From: an uncultured Actinomycetota bacterium
GTDB lineage: Bacteria; Actinomycetota; Humimicrobiia; Humimicrobiales; Humimicrobiaceae
Length of the DNA stretch: 64,000 bases
Direction of reading: 5' to 3'
Assembly: GCA_964481885.1 (NCBI GenBank)
Contig: CAYZUS010000009.1
Location: 4,576-68,575, forward strand
The position numbers and the translations under genes were made by a program. Below the pieces are notes generated by a model that ran no database searches, was not told the origin of the DNA, and saw only the letters and a list, made by a program, of their open reading frames with translations. Shown piece after piece: positions 29,613-39,858 of the stretch (position 1 is its first letter; each line of letters opens with the position of its first letter).

Positions 29613-30914
29613 TCAGGTCTTTATGTAATCGAGCCTTTTTATTATGGTATCTATATGGCCAAGGTGATATTTAACATCGAAAAGACTTTCAAGTTCGTCG
29701 GCGCTTAAGTAACCGGTTATCCTGCCATCCTGCAGAATATTTTCCTTAAAGCTTCCCTCTTCCTCCCAGGCCCTGAGAGCCGCAGCCTGAACAAGTCCGT
29801 AAGCGTCCTCTCTTAACAGGCCCTTATTTATAAGCTCGAGTAAAACGCGCTGGGAAAAAATAATACCGCCGTATTTCATAAGATTGCGCTGCATATTTGC
29901 AGGTATTACGTTTAAATTTTCAACGACAAAGACAGTCTTTTCAAGGATATAGTCCAAAATAATGAAACTGTCGGGAATGATAATTCTTTCTGAAGAAGAG
30001 TGGGAAATATCCCTCTCGTGCCACAGTGCGATGTTTTCAAGCGCCGTAATCGAGTTTGACCGAAGCACTCTTGCAAGGCCGCAGATCCTTTCACAAATGA
30101 TAGGATTTCTTTTATGCGGCATTGCCGATGATCCTTTTTGCCCTTTGACAAAAGGCTCCTCTATTTCTTTTATATCTGTCTTCTGCAGACCCCTGACTTC
30201 AAGAGCTATCTTTTCAAGTGTGGCGCCACAAATTGCAATCGCACATGACATTTCTGCATGCCTGTCCCTCTGAAGTATCTGGGTCGACGCCAAAGAAGGT
30301 TTCAGTCCGAGAAGTGTGCATACTTTTTCTTCCACCTGGGGACTGGTATTTGCATATGTGCCGACGGCCCCCGAAATCTTCCCGTAGCTTATGGTATCCC
30401 TTGCTGATTTAAGCCTTTCAAGATTTCTGTCCATCTCAAATGCCCAGACTGCCATTTTAAGGCCCAGTGTGACAGGCTCAGCATGTATTCCGTGTGTCCG
30501 GCCGACCATTACTGTGCCGGCATATTTTTTTGCCTGATTTATAAGCACGGCCAAAAGCTTTTTTACTTTTTCCAATATGATTTCGACAGAGTCCACCATC
30601 TGCAGGCTGAGGGCCGTATCACCCACATCGGAGGAGGTTAATCCAAAATGAAGATATTTTGAAGAATCGCCAATATAAGATGAGACCTCTGTAAGGAATG
30701 CAATAACATCATGATGAGTTCTTGATTCGATTTCCTCTATATTCTTTATATCAAAACGGGAAAGCTCAACAATGTCCCTGCTTGCTTTGGCGGGAATTAT
30801 TCCAAGTTCAGCCTGAACACAGCTCACGGCTTTTTCAACTTTAAGCCAGTAAGTAAATTTTGAATTTTCCTCCCAGATCCTGCCCATCTCAGGGTTGGTA
30901 TAGCGCGGTATCAT
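29613..30914 (-). CDS. purB: Adenylosuccinate lyase
   Basis: MIPRYTNPEMGRIW…SSAMPHKRNPI…. It has the fumarate-lyase signature and a PurB-type C-terminus. Confidence 0.9.
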   Translation of the reverse strand: MIPRYTNPEMGRIWEENSKFTYWLKVEKAVSCVQAELGIIPAKASRDIVELSRFDIKNIEEIESRTHHDVIAFLTEVSSYIGDSSKYLHFGLTSSDVGDTALSLQMVDSVEIILEKVKKLLAVLINQAKKYAGTVMVGRTHGIHAEPVTLGLKMAVWAFEMDRNLERLKSARDTISYGKISGAVGTYANTSPQVEEKVCTLLGLKPSLASTQILQRDRHAEMSCAIAICGATLEKIALEVRGLQKTDIKEIEEPFVKGQKGSSAMPHKRNPIICERICGLARVLRSNSITALENIALWHERDISHSSSERIIIPDSFIILDYILEKTVFVVENLNVIPANMQRNLMKYGGIIFSQRVLLELINKGLLREDAYGLVQAAALRAWEEEGSFKENILQDGRITGYLSADELESLFDVKYHLGHIDTIIKRLDYIKT

Positions 30915-31247
30915 TTATGGCTCCAGACTGCCGTCTTCCAGTTTGTCCAAAACTTTCTTTTTGAAATCCTTGTAATTTTTGGAGTCTTTCAAGTCAAAAA
31001 GGTCCTCGCCCATATCAAAAAAAACCTGGTCATACTCATCAATGCAGATATCCCCAATGCTTTTAAGCCAGATGTTTTTTATTTCCCAGCTTTTAAAATC
31101 TGAAAGCCAGGCTTTTTCTGAAGCAGGAATACTGTCCTTTATGAATTCACTTAATTTTTCAGATTTCCTGGAAACCTGCAAAAGAAAATTTTCATCTTCG
31201 AAAAGATATGAAAGATTTGCAATACTAAAGTCTAATTCTTTAGTCAT
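30915..31247 (-). CDS. Hypothetical acidic protein (110 aa), translationally coupled to purB
   Basis: Its stop abuts the purB start (30915/30914). No recognisable domain. It does not resemble PurS. Confidence 0.45.
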   Translation of the reverse strand: MTKELDFSIANLSYLFEDENFLLQVSRKSEKLSEFIKDSIPASEKAWLSDFKSWEIKNIWLKSIGDICIDEYDQVFFDMGEDLFDLKDSKNYKDFKKKVLDKLEDGSLEP

Positions 31248-31422
31248 GAATTTACCTCTGATCTAAAATAAAATAATCTTATTGTTAACCTTATCACTTT
31301 ATAAACCGTGCAATTTTTCTTCAGTACAATAAAAAATTTAATCACAAAACAAAAATAATTGCTATAAATTTTATTGAAAAAGAAACCTAATTTACGTCTT
31401 GTTACAAAACCTAAATTACATC

Positions 31423-32343
31423 TTATTCCAGATAGCCCTGCAAGAACTCTTTTACCTGGGCCGCATCCACAACCACATATGAAATACCATCGATTGTAGC
31501 AGTTTTCCCGGGAATGGTTATCCTTTCAAAATCCTTATTGGAAAAAAACAGAATAGTACCCAGAGTTATAAAGTCAATGGTTGAAAAATCAGATTTTGTG
31601 TCTTCGTCCAAAATATTTAACAGCTGTGGTGCCTTGCCGATTATCGAAACATTAAACTTTTGTTTAAAAATTTCATTAATAAGGTATTTCTGTCTGTCGA
31701 CCCTGTCAAAGTCACCCATTGCTGATTTTCTGTCTCTTGCAAATGCAAGAGCCTGCTCGCCATCCATTAAATGTGTGCCGGGCTCAAAGTCTGAACCTGA
31801 AAGCGGGTCATGCATTGGTTCATCTACGGTGATGTATACTCCTCCAAGAGCATCTACCACACTTTTAAAACCTTCAAAATTAACAAGCATTGTTTTTGTT
31901 ATGGGAATACCGGTCAGTTCATATATTTCATTGACCAGCATTTCTTCCCCGCCATAGACATATGCGGCATTTATTTTATTAGTGCCATGATCAGGAAGGT
32001 TAACTTTGGTATCCCTTGGAATCGATATTAAGAGGTCCTTTTTTCCCCAGGGCGCAATATGCAGTATCATTATAGTGTCTGTACGGCCCTTAAAATTCTT
32101 AACGTCGCCTCTCTCATCAACTCCTAAAAAAAGATAGTTTTTTGCGCCTGTCGCAAGTGTGTCGCCTGTATTCTCTTTTGCAGTGGTTTCGTCTCCTGAG
32201 TTGTCTGTTTTTTCCGCGACTTCTGTGGAGTCTCCTCCTGAAGAAGAACCCTTAAGTGATGGAACGATAAACAAAAGTACAATAACCAACCCCAGAATAA
32301 AAACTAAAATAAAAGCTATAAAACAACCTCTGGCTTTACTCAT
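31423..32343 (-). CDS. LytR-CpsA-Psr (LCP) family protein
   Basis: N-terminal TM. LCP core (…LFLGVDERGD…RTDTIMILHI…ISIPRDT…TKTMLVNFEGFKSVVDALGGV…ALAFARDRKS). Confidence 0.85.
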   Translation of the reverse strand: MSKARGCFIAFILVFILGLVIVLLFIVPSLKGSSSGGDSTEVAEKTDNSGDETTAKENTGDTLATGAKNYLFLGVDERGDVKNFKGRTDTIMILHIAPWGKKDLLISIPRDTKVNLPDHGTNKINAAYVYGGEEMLVNEIYELTGIPITKTMLVNFEGFKSVVDALGGVYITVDEPMHDPLSGSDFEPGTHLMDGEQALAFARDRKSAMGDFDRVDRQKYLINEIFKQKFNVSIIGKAPQLLNILDEDTKSDFSTIDFITLGTILFFSNKDFERITIPGKTATIDGISYVVVDAAQVKEFLQGYLE

Positions 32344-32346
32344 GAC

Positions 32347-32991
32347 TTAATTATAGCCTTTGCGGGAGGTGTTTGACAAATAATAGAGCGTATGAAGAAG
32401 TTTTTCGATAGGATCATTTGTCTGAACACTTACATGTCTGGGGACCTTGATAGGTGCGGAAGTATAATTTACGATAACCTTAATTCCTGATATTACCAAC
32501 AGGTCTGTGACCCTTTGAGCTGAATCTTCCGGCACGGCCAGTATTGCAATATCTATAAGATTATCATAAGCAATGTTTTTAATTTCAGAAATATCTTTTA
32601 CTTTCCTGCCAAAAATTGATTTGCCTACGATCTCCGGGTCGTTATCAAAGACATTTTCAATCTTAAAACCAAATTTGCTGAGCAACCTGTAATTTAAAAG
32701 TGCTTTGCCCAGATTGCCGGCCCCGACCAATGCTATATTGGACTTTCCGTTATATCCAAGTATTTTATTAAAAGAGCTGATAAGGTCATCTATATTAAAC
32801 CCCACACCTCTTTTACCCTTAAGCTCAAAGTAAATAAGGTCCCTCCTCACTTCAGCACTGTTGACCTTGGTATGGGCGGAAATCTCCCGGGATGTGACCG
32901 TCCTTTTGCCTGTATCTTTGAGGTTTACTGTATATTTTAAGTATCGCGAAAGCCTTGCTATTATGCCTTCAGAATGAATCTTTGTTTCCAT
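32347..32991 (-). CDS. rex: Redox-sensing transcriptional repressor Rex
   Basis: N-terminal winged helix (…RLSRYLKY…TVTSREIS…). C-terminal Rossmann NADH sensor (…NIALVGAGNLGKALL…). Its stop lies 3 nt before the LCP start. Confidence 0.85.
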   Translation of the reverse strand: METKIHSEGIIARLSRYLKYTVNLKDTGKRTVTSREISAHTKVNSAEVRRDLIYFELKGKRGVGFNIDDLISSFNKILGYNGKSNIALVGAGNLGKALLNYRLLSKFGFKIENVFDNDPEIVGKSIFGRKVKDISEIKNIAYDNLIDIAILAVPEDSAQRVTDLLVISGIKVIVNYTSAPIKVPRHVSVQTNDPIEKLLHTLYYLSNTSRKGYN

Positions 32992-33149
32992 GGATAAAAA
33001 ACTCCCTTAAGTACTAAAAAACACTTTGTAGCAGAATTGTAACAAATATGGACCGGTTTAACAATACTGCTTTAAGATACTTTTTCAAACAGAGTATCGG
33101 AAATTGCACTACAGGCGTTTATATTTTAAACAAGGCCGTTTAAAAACTT

Positions 33150-34112
33150 TTATTTAAAAACATATATGCCATCATCCATATAAAATTCACGTTTGCATGA
33201 GGTGCATACAACTTTTCCGCCGGAATTGATTTCAAGGTTTTCATCTCTGCATGCAGGACAGCAAAAATAGTTTTTAAAATCCTCAAAATTTTCGGTTGCA
33301 CTTTTGAAGTTCAGGCCTGTCAGATCAGTTTGCGCCTGGCCCGCCTGCAGTGTCCCTGCGTTTACTGTTTTAAGAAAAATACTCGGGCCGGTATCTATAA
33401 ATGAAAAAACATTCTGGTATATTCTCTCAAAAAAAAGCAGGACTTTTAAATTAATATGCCTCTTTAAAAACCCCAGCCTGTAGTTGGAGGCACTTACCTG
33501 CTTTAGTATTTTAAATCCGGATTGCCTTAAGAGTGATTTAATAAATCCTGGATGGTAGTCAAGGATTGTGGCACCTATCTGCAGCGGCCTGCTGTCAAAA
33601 GGTGACTGCTTCAATCTGCCAGACATAAATTTTAAAATATTTTTTAAATTACGTTTATTTGCAAACTCAACCAGGAAACAGCCGCCCGGCTTTAGAATCC
33701 TGGAAGCTTCACTTATAAACTTCCCAACATTATCAATATGATGCATTACCCTGACCGTCATGGCCACATCCGCAAAAGACGCCTTGAATGGAAGACTCGT
33801 TACGTCTGCAGCCACATAGGAAACTTTATTCATCTGAGCCGCATCGTAATTTAAGAACTTGCCTACTGCCTCCTTTGCATTTTTTAAATTACTGACTGAG
33901 AAGTCCACAAGAAATATTTTTTCGAAATCTTTATATTCGCTAAAAAGCCTGCCAAAGCCACAGCCCAGGTCAACAAATATCCTGCCGCGCTTTTCAAGGG
34001 GTCCTATAAATTTCTTTATAACAATTCTTTCTGAATTGTCTTCATAAAGTCTTTTATCGTCCTGCCAGAATTGCCTGTAATCATAATTTTCATAATCCGA
34101 TTGCTTTATCAA
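33150..34112 (-). CDS. Class I SAM-dependent methyltransferase with a C-terminal zinc ribbon
   Basis: Motif I (VDLGCGFGRLF) and a Methyltransf_11-like core. The C-terminus has CCPAC…CTSCK (4-Cys ribbon). Confidence 0.75.
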   Translation of the reverse strand: MIKQSDYENYDYRQFWQDDKRLYEDNSERIVIKKFIGPLEKRGRIFVDLGCGFGRLFSEYKDFEKIFLVDFSVSNLKNAKEAVGKFLNYDAAQMNKVSYVAADVTSLPFKASFADVAMTVRVMHHIDNVGKFISEASRILKPGGCFLVEFANKRNLKNILKFMSGRLKQSPFDSRPLQIGATILDYHPGFIKSLLRQSGFKILKQVSASNYRLGFLKRHINLKVLLFFERIYQNVFSFIDTGPSIFLKTVNAGTLQAGQAQTDLTGLNFKSATENFEDFKNYFCCPACRDENLEINSGGKVVCTSCKREFYMDDGIYVFK

Positions 34113-34142
34113 TTATTCTCCTTATAAAAAACCCTCATAAAC

Positions 34143-34180
34143 CAAAAAGTCCTGTACTTTCATACAGGACTTTTATTTAT
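34143..34180. terminator. Bidirectional intrinsic terminator
   Basis: aaaAAGTCCTGTActttcaTACAGGACTTttattt. It has a 10-bp stem with A-rich and T-rich flanks. Confidence 0.5.
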
Positions 34181-34661
34181 ACACGAAGCTACTTCTTTTT
34201 TCCGCCTTTTGCTTTTTCTTTCTTAGCTGGCATTTAAACCTCCTTACAAATTTAAATTATAATTCTAGGTGAAATATTAATTCTAAAAAAAACAAAATGC
34301 AATAAAAATAAGATAAATTTTACTATAATTTATTTGTCCGTTTTTAATTACTTGCTGTAAAAACTTCGATGTTGATTTTTATATTTTTTTGTTCAAAACG
34401 CCCCTGATACAAATTAATTAAACCGATCAGATATTCACATCACTAAGCTATCCGCCGTATATTATAGGTGGCATTAATTATTTTCCTGAAATAATGTTAA
34501 ACATAGTGCGTACCTTAGCCGGATGGATTTCGACCATAACTATATCGCAGCAATATACGTACAAAACTCGACAGAAGGTTTTAATTCACAAAAGCTTTTA
34601 CCGGACTTTCGGAGTTTATGCCTGTACATTGTTTTGGATTTCAGGTTTACTAAATCCAATT

Positions 34662-37640
34662 TCACTTTGACAATATTTCTATTGCCTTGTCAACCAGCCG
34701 AGGATCAAACTGGGTGCCGGCGCATCTTTTAAGCTCTGCGATTGCGTCTTCCCTGCTCATTGCCGGCTTATACACCCGACCGCTTGTCATGACATCGTAA
34801 GCATCGACAATAAGTATAATTCGGGAAATAACAGGTATGGAATCTCCGCTTATTCCCAGTGGATAACCACTGCCATCGAAGTTTTCGTGGCAGGAAAGAA
34901 TGCTCTTGGCAATATGGGAAATCTGCTGTGAGGACTGGGCAATATTATACCCTATCTCAGGATGCCTTTTTATAACTGCCCATTCTTTTTCAGTTAACTT
35001 GCCTTTTTTAAGCAGTATCTTTTCAGGGATGGCAACTTTGCCTATGTCATGAAGTGATGCAAGAAGTGCAAGCTCATCTAATTGATGGGCGGGCAATTTG
35101 ATTGATTTTCCCAGTTTTGTTGCAAAATCATGCATCCTGTCAGCATGCTCCTTGGTTTCGTTGCTTTTTTCATAAAGAGCCTGTTCGAGGGCAAAAATAA
35201 TCGAGCTTGTCAGGCTTTCTTTCTGGGCAAGTTTATTTTTATACATATTGCTTTCCGCATCTATGACAACTGTCTGTATATCCTCATCAGGTCTTTCTTT
35301 TCTTGAAGTACCAATAGAGATACTTACAGGGATCTTTTGGCTGTTTGTCTTGGCACATTCCTTTTTTATCATTCCCACAATCTCTTCAGTATCTGAAATG
35401 GCAGTTTCAGGCAGCAGCAATACAAATTCATCTCCGCCCCAGTGGGCAAGTATGTCGTCAGGGCGGCATACTTTTTTGAATATTTCCGCAGTCTTTTTTA
35501 GTAACTTGTCCCCCTCGGTATGGCCAAAAACATCATTTATTATCTTAAGGCCATTTAAATCACACATTATAAAGCTAATAGGAAGATGTCTTTCTGTATC
35601 AAGTCTTTTTAATTCTTCCTCAAAAAACCTGCGGTTATACAGTCCTGTCATATAGTCATGAAAACCCAAATAGATAATTTCGTCCTCTGCTTTTTTACGT
35701 TCGGTGATATCATTAATACTGGACAGAATAAATGCTTCACTATTGATATGGATGATTTGTGCAGAGAATAGACAAATTATGACTTCTCCATTCTTTTTTC
35801 TAAACTGAAACTCCTTGTCTTTGACTTCAGTACCCTCTTTAAGTGCAGATACCACCATCTCACGGTTTTCATTGTTTACCCACATGTTAAGACTTATTGA
35901 TGAATCAGCAATGGCCTCTTCCCCGGTAAAACCGGAAATAGACGCAAAAGCGTCATTGACTTCAATGAATTTTCCATCTTTTACACTAGTAATGGTGATG
36001 GCATAAGACGAAGTCTTAAAAGCCTTGGAAAACTTCTCGGCACTCTCCCGCAAGGCTTCCTCAGCTTTTTTACGCTTGTTAATGTCAGCGTGTGTTCCAC
36101 TCATCCATAGTGGTTTTTCGTCAGGGGTCCGGGAAATTACTTTTCCCCTGTCATGTACCCAAACCCAGCTTCCATCTTTATGCCTCATTCGGCATTCGAC
36201 GTCATAATAATCTATTTCCTCTGAAAAAACCTTACCCAGCTGCTCATTGGATTTATTAATATCATCGGGATGCGCAAATCTCTCCCATGTCTCTATACTG
36301 ACAGGTGATATTTCAGCGAGCTTATATCCTATAATCTCGGCCCATCGGTCACTAAATACTGTTTCTCCGGTCTGAACGTTCCATTCCCATGTCCCCACAT
36401 TAGTGCCTTCAAGGATATTTACCAATCTAACATTGAGATTATTCAGCTTGAGTTCAGCCGCCTTTTTTAAAGACAGTTGGAGAAGCAGAAAGATGATCAG
36501 CAGCGTTTCGGAGATAATGAAAACTATCGCAGTAATAATCTGCCATTTATATAAATCCCAGGTACTCAGATTTTTGTTAATTACAATGCTCCCGGCAGGA
36601 AGGTCCGCTTCTTTAATTCCCCACCTCTTCATTTCATTCCAGTCAAAATAGTTTTTGTTTTTGCTGGTTACGGCCTGAATTTCAGATGGTTTTTTTCCGC
36701 TTAATATCTGAAGAGCTATCCCTGAAGCATTTTCACTGATGTCTGCATAACTTATCAGATTTCCCCCCAGAATACCCTTGCCTATAAATGTATCGTACAT
36801 CCCATATATTGGCGCCCTGGATACCTTGCTTAACTGCAACACAACTTCCAGCGGAATAAAAGCTTTTCCTTCGCCATCCATATTAAATGAAACAAAAAAC
36901 ACTGCGGTCCGGGCCGGTAGTGAGGCCAATTTCTTTTGTACCTCATCGATACTAAAATCTTCAAGCAAAGTGACTTTAATTTTTTGAGTATATTCCTGGA
37001 GAGCATTTTTTGCTGCATCTTTGTAAAACAGATCCTGTTTGCTTGTCCCTGTGATAACAACGATTTCTTCTACGTCCGGCTGCACTTTCAGGATGATCTC
37101 TATGTTACTTTTTATATCCAGGCTTTTAAAGTTGCCCGTTACATTTGACTTTAAGTCCGCAGCTTTCAGCTTTCCCTCAGTAATACTGCAAAAGACAAAA
37201 GGAAGTCCGGGGAACAACTCATCCCCATATTGAGCAATAAAATCCCAGGATATATCGTCCATAACCATTACCAGATCCAGGTCATACCCGGAGTATTTTT
37301 CCTTCAGCAATTCCATCGTCATTTTTTGAATGGATTCCGATTTAAACCGGTTTACTTCAAGATATTCGCTGTAAAGAGAAATCGAAAAAATGTCAGAATT
37401 TTTCAGGATTTTTGAGATTGTTTGCTCCATTATCATATTGACGGGAAGGAATTGGTTATCGCTATAGAGCAGAAGTACTTTTTTTGGAATCTTTTCGGTC
37501 CTTGCGAAAATAGAAGCGACTGAAAAATGGAATAAAATGGCAAGAAGCAGAAACGCCCCTAGAAATATTGCCGAAAGCTTGATTGCTTTTTTTATTGCCA
37601 TCTCTGTATTTTCCTCGACTCTTATCCTACCCTGCTTCAA
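34662..37640 (-). CDS. Membrane sensor with a periplasmic solute-binding-like domain, PAS domains, a GGDEF domain and an HD-GYP domain
   Basis: N-terminal TM, an extracytoplasmic domain of about 300 aa and a second TM. PAS/PAC repeats follow. GGDEF motif (…FGHTEGDKLL…HWGGDEFVLLL). HD-GYP motif (…HADRMHDFA…LHDIGKVAIP…HENFDGSGYPLG…). Confidence 0.85.
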   Translation of the reverse strand: MKQGRIRVEENTEMAIKKAIKLSAIFLGAFLLLAILFHFSVASIFARTEKIPKKVLLLYSDNQFLPVNMIMEQTISKILKNSDIFSISLYSEYLEVNRFKSESIQKMTMELLKEKYSGYDLDLVMVMDDISWDFIAQYGDELFPGLPFVFCSITEGKLKAADLKSNVTGNFKSLDIKSNIEIILKVQPDVEEIVVITGTSKQDLFYKDAAKNALQEYTQKIKVTLLEDFSIDEVQKKLASLPARTAVFFVSFNMDGEGKAFIPLEVVLQLSKVSRAPIYGMYDTFIGKGILGGNLISYADISENASGIALQILSGKKPSEIQAVTSKNKNYFDWNEMKRWGIKEADLPAGSIVINKNLSTWDLYKWQIITAIVFIISETLLIIFLLLQLSLKKAAELKLNNLNVRLVNILEGTNVGTWEWNVQTGETVFSDRWAEIIGYKLAEISPVSIETWERFAHPDDINKSNEQLGKVFSEEIDYYDVECRMRHKDGSWVWVHDRGKVISRTPDEKPLWMSGTHADINKRKKAEEALRESAEKFSKAFKTSSYAITITSVKDGKFIEVNDAFASISGFTGEEAIADSSISLNMWVNNENREMVVSALKEGTEVKDKEFQFRKKNGEVIICLFSAQIIHINSEAFILSSINDITERKKAEDEIIYLGFHDYMTGLYNRRFFEEELKRLDTERHLPISFIMCDLNGLKIINDVFGHTEGDKLLKKTAEIFKKVCRPDDILAHWGGDEFVLLLPETAISDTEEIVGMIKKECAKTNSQKIPVSISIGTSRKERPDEDIQTVVIDAESNMYKNKLAQKESLTSSIIFALEQALYEKSNETKEHADRMHDFATKLGKSIKLPAHQLDELALLASLHDIGKVAIPEKILLKKGKLTEKEWAVIKRHPEIGYNIAQSSQQISHIAKSILSCHENFDGSGYPLGISGDSIPVISRIILIVDAYDVMTSGRVYKPAMSREDAIAELKRCAGTQFDPRLVDKAIEILSK

Positions 37641-38116
37641 ATGCCCGGCCAGATTATTGACTCTTATAAAAATCCAGCTAGTATTGTTTGTACAGCTTTG
37701 ACATCATGCCCTAATATAGGAGTGCGTATTCTAAACTTTCAGAGCATGCTTTAAGATTCAAGTTTTAAGAGTACGCTTTAAGCTTTCAAAATTTCCCGAA
37801 GCCAAGTAATTCCATACGCAGATTATATCATATAAAATGTGTAAGTTATATTATATATATATTATATATATAATATACACTATACACATCCAAAAATTTC
37901 CAGTTTTAAATAGCAGTTTTACAATCGATGTTCCCAGTTTTATTGATTCTTTATATTCCAAATATATTAATATTTTATTTTAGTATAAAATTTAATAATT
38001 TTTTAGTCAAATTATTTAAAAAAGTATTAAAAAAGTTTTATTAATAATTAAAAACCTTGCAAATAAATTATTAACTGATAGCACAAAAAAATAAAACATT
38101 GGCTATGGACCGATTA

Positions 38117-39433
38117 TTATTTCAGGTATTTCTCGATATTTGCGATATGTTCTTCATAAGTTTTGGCAGGATGAATTTGCCTCTCGCTGTCATGCAGGTA
38201 GTAAAAGTATTCGCTCTTTGTTGGGTTAATTATTGAAGCAATTGCTGCCAGTCCGGGGCTGCAGATTGGAGTCGGCGGCCTGCCCTTGTAAAGATAAGTG
38301 TTGTAGGGCGAGTCAAATTTATAATCCTCAACCTTTATAACGGGCCACCAGTTTCCGGGCTTTCCCAAAGCATACTGGATGGTTGCGTCTATCTCAAAAT
38401 TCATGTCTATCAGCCACCTGTTCCAGATTATGCCCGCAATCAGGGGCATTTCCTCTTCACTGGCCGCCTCTCTTTGGACAATGGATGCAAGAACAATCAG
38501 TGTGTCATTTAGAATGTTATTTTCTGTTGCTTCTGCAAAAAGACCCGCTGTTTTTTCATTAAACAGGTTTTCCATTCTTTTTGTGGTATCTTTTCCTGTA
38601 TAATCCAGATTAAGAAGGTAGGTATCAGGGAATAGGTAGCCTTCTTTGCTGCTGTTAAGAAATTCTGATTTTACTTCATTTGGCCAACCGAGATTTTCCT
38701 GAAGCTTTTCAGCTATTTCTGCTGCTCTTAGTCCTTCCGGTATTACGACCCATTTCTGGTATGGCTTATTGGCAAGGGTATCTGCTAATTGCCAGGCATT
38801 CATTGCCTTTGAAACATTGTATCCGCCAGGCTGAATCTTCTCCTGCCATCCTTCACTTTTTAAAACAAACCCAAATGCCCATTCGTTCCTTATATAACCC
38901 TGTTCTTTTAATTTGGCAATAAGCTCTGTTTCAGTGGTGGCCAGATTTATGACAATTAGTTCTTCCGCAGCAGTCTTTTGGGGAGATGAGAACCGGTAAC
39001 CGGAAGCAAAAATATCAGTATTTCCCTGAGATATCCTCCTGCTGACTTTTTCAAATAAAGCAGGGACTTCTTCAACGGTGTATTTTCCTTCAACTTCCTT
39101 TAATGCCTCTTCTGTTTTGAGTGCGACCAATGCTTCTTCCATGAGCTGATTCTGCCTGGTAAGGATCTTATACTTGTCATTTATACCCCCTGCGTCATAA
39201 AGCTCCGCAAAAGTTTTTCCGTCTTTTTTGAATTCCTGGTTTAAAGTTTCTTCAATTTGCGATATGGCCTCATATGCCCGGGCATTGCTTTCATCTTCAG
39301 TCATTTTATAAAGCAGGACGGTCCACCTGGAAGCCTGCTGGTCAATGTCTGCCTGAGTTGTTGTCCGGCAGCCAGTAAAAACAAGAACCAAAGCCAGAAA
39401 TATTAATATTACCGGTAAAACTTTATTTTTCAT
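38117..39433 (-). CDS. mltG: Endolytic murein transglycosylase MltG (YceG family)
   Basis: Start set at MKNKVLPVILIFLALVLVFTGC, a lipoprotein-type signal. The ORF opens at 39580, but that extension lacks support. C-terminal YceG signature (…SIVQREAA…GIIWNR…PYNTYLYKGRPPTPI…). Confidence 0.85.
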   Translation of the reverse strand: MKNKVLPVILIFLALVLVFTGCRTTTQADIDQQASRWTVLLYKMTEDESNARAYEAISQIEETLNQEFKKDGKTFAELYDAGGINDKYKILTRQNQLMEEALVALKTEEALKEVEGKYTVEEVPALFEKVSRRISQGNTDIFASGYRFSSPQKTAAEELIVINLATTETELIAKLKEQGYIRNEWAFGFVLKSEGWQEKIQPGGYNVSKAMNAWQLADTLANKPYQKWVVIPEGLRAAEIAEKLQENLGWPNEVKSEFLNSSKEGYLFPDTYLLNLDYTGKDTTKRMENLFNEKTAGLFAEATENNILNDTLIVLASIVQREAASEEEMPLIAGIIWNRWLIDMNFEIDATIQYALGKPGNWWPVIKVEDYKFDSPYNTYLYKGRPPTPICSPGLAAIASIINPTKSEYFYYLHDSERQIHPAKTYEEHIANIEKYLK

Positions 39434-39616
39434 TTTTATAACCATTCCCTTAAAGGCACGAAATAATGATGAAAAGCATTTTCTTTTTAGACTTTTAACT
39501 TGCAAGGGAGAATTTATTTTATTTTTTCCTTTTGTCCGGAAAATTTTACCACTAAAAAGCAATTTATAAAAACCTTCCAAAGGCTTTTATACAATTTTCA
39601 GATACTATATTTTACT

Positions 39617-39660
39617 AAAAAAGCCAGCCTGTCATTTTCAGAGAGGCTGGCTGTTTTAAA
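39617..39660. terminator. Bidirectional intrinsic terminator downstream of ssb
   Basis: aaaaAGCCAGCCTgtcattttcagagAGGCTGGCTgtttt. It has a 9-bp stem with an A-run and a T-run. Confidence 0.6.
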
Positions 39661-39858
39661 TTTATAGCCAGGCATTAGATGCTGAATACCTGCCACTGCT
39701 TTCAAAACTCAGGCATTTGTTTTTAGATGGTTTTCCTCATTTTTTAATACTTCACCATATTGTATTTCATAAATCTTAAAGCTTTCTGCTTTTGCCTTAA
39801 AAAAATTCTTATATTAAAGTTTAAGATGCAGAAGCTTGTGAGTTATTGAAAAACCAGC

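Noticed and set aside
34190-34235. Tiny lysine-rich ORF on the minus strand (MPAKKEKAKGGKKK)
   Set aside because: Only 14 codons, with no conservation evidence. It could be a chance frame next to a terminator.
39434-39580. 49-aa N-terminal extension of mltG (ORF begins MEGFYKLL…)
   Set aside because: The downstream Met begins a canonical lipoprotein signal peptide (MKNKVLPVILIFLALVLVFTGC). The extension is basic and non-conserved-looking. The internal start is preferred.
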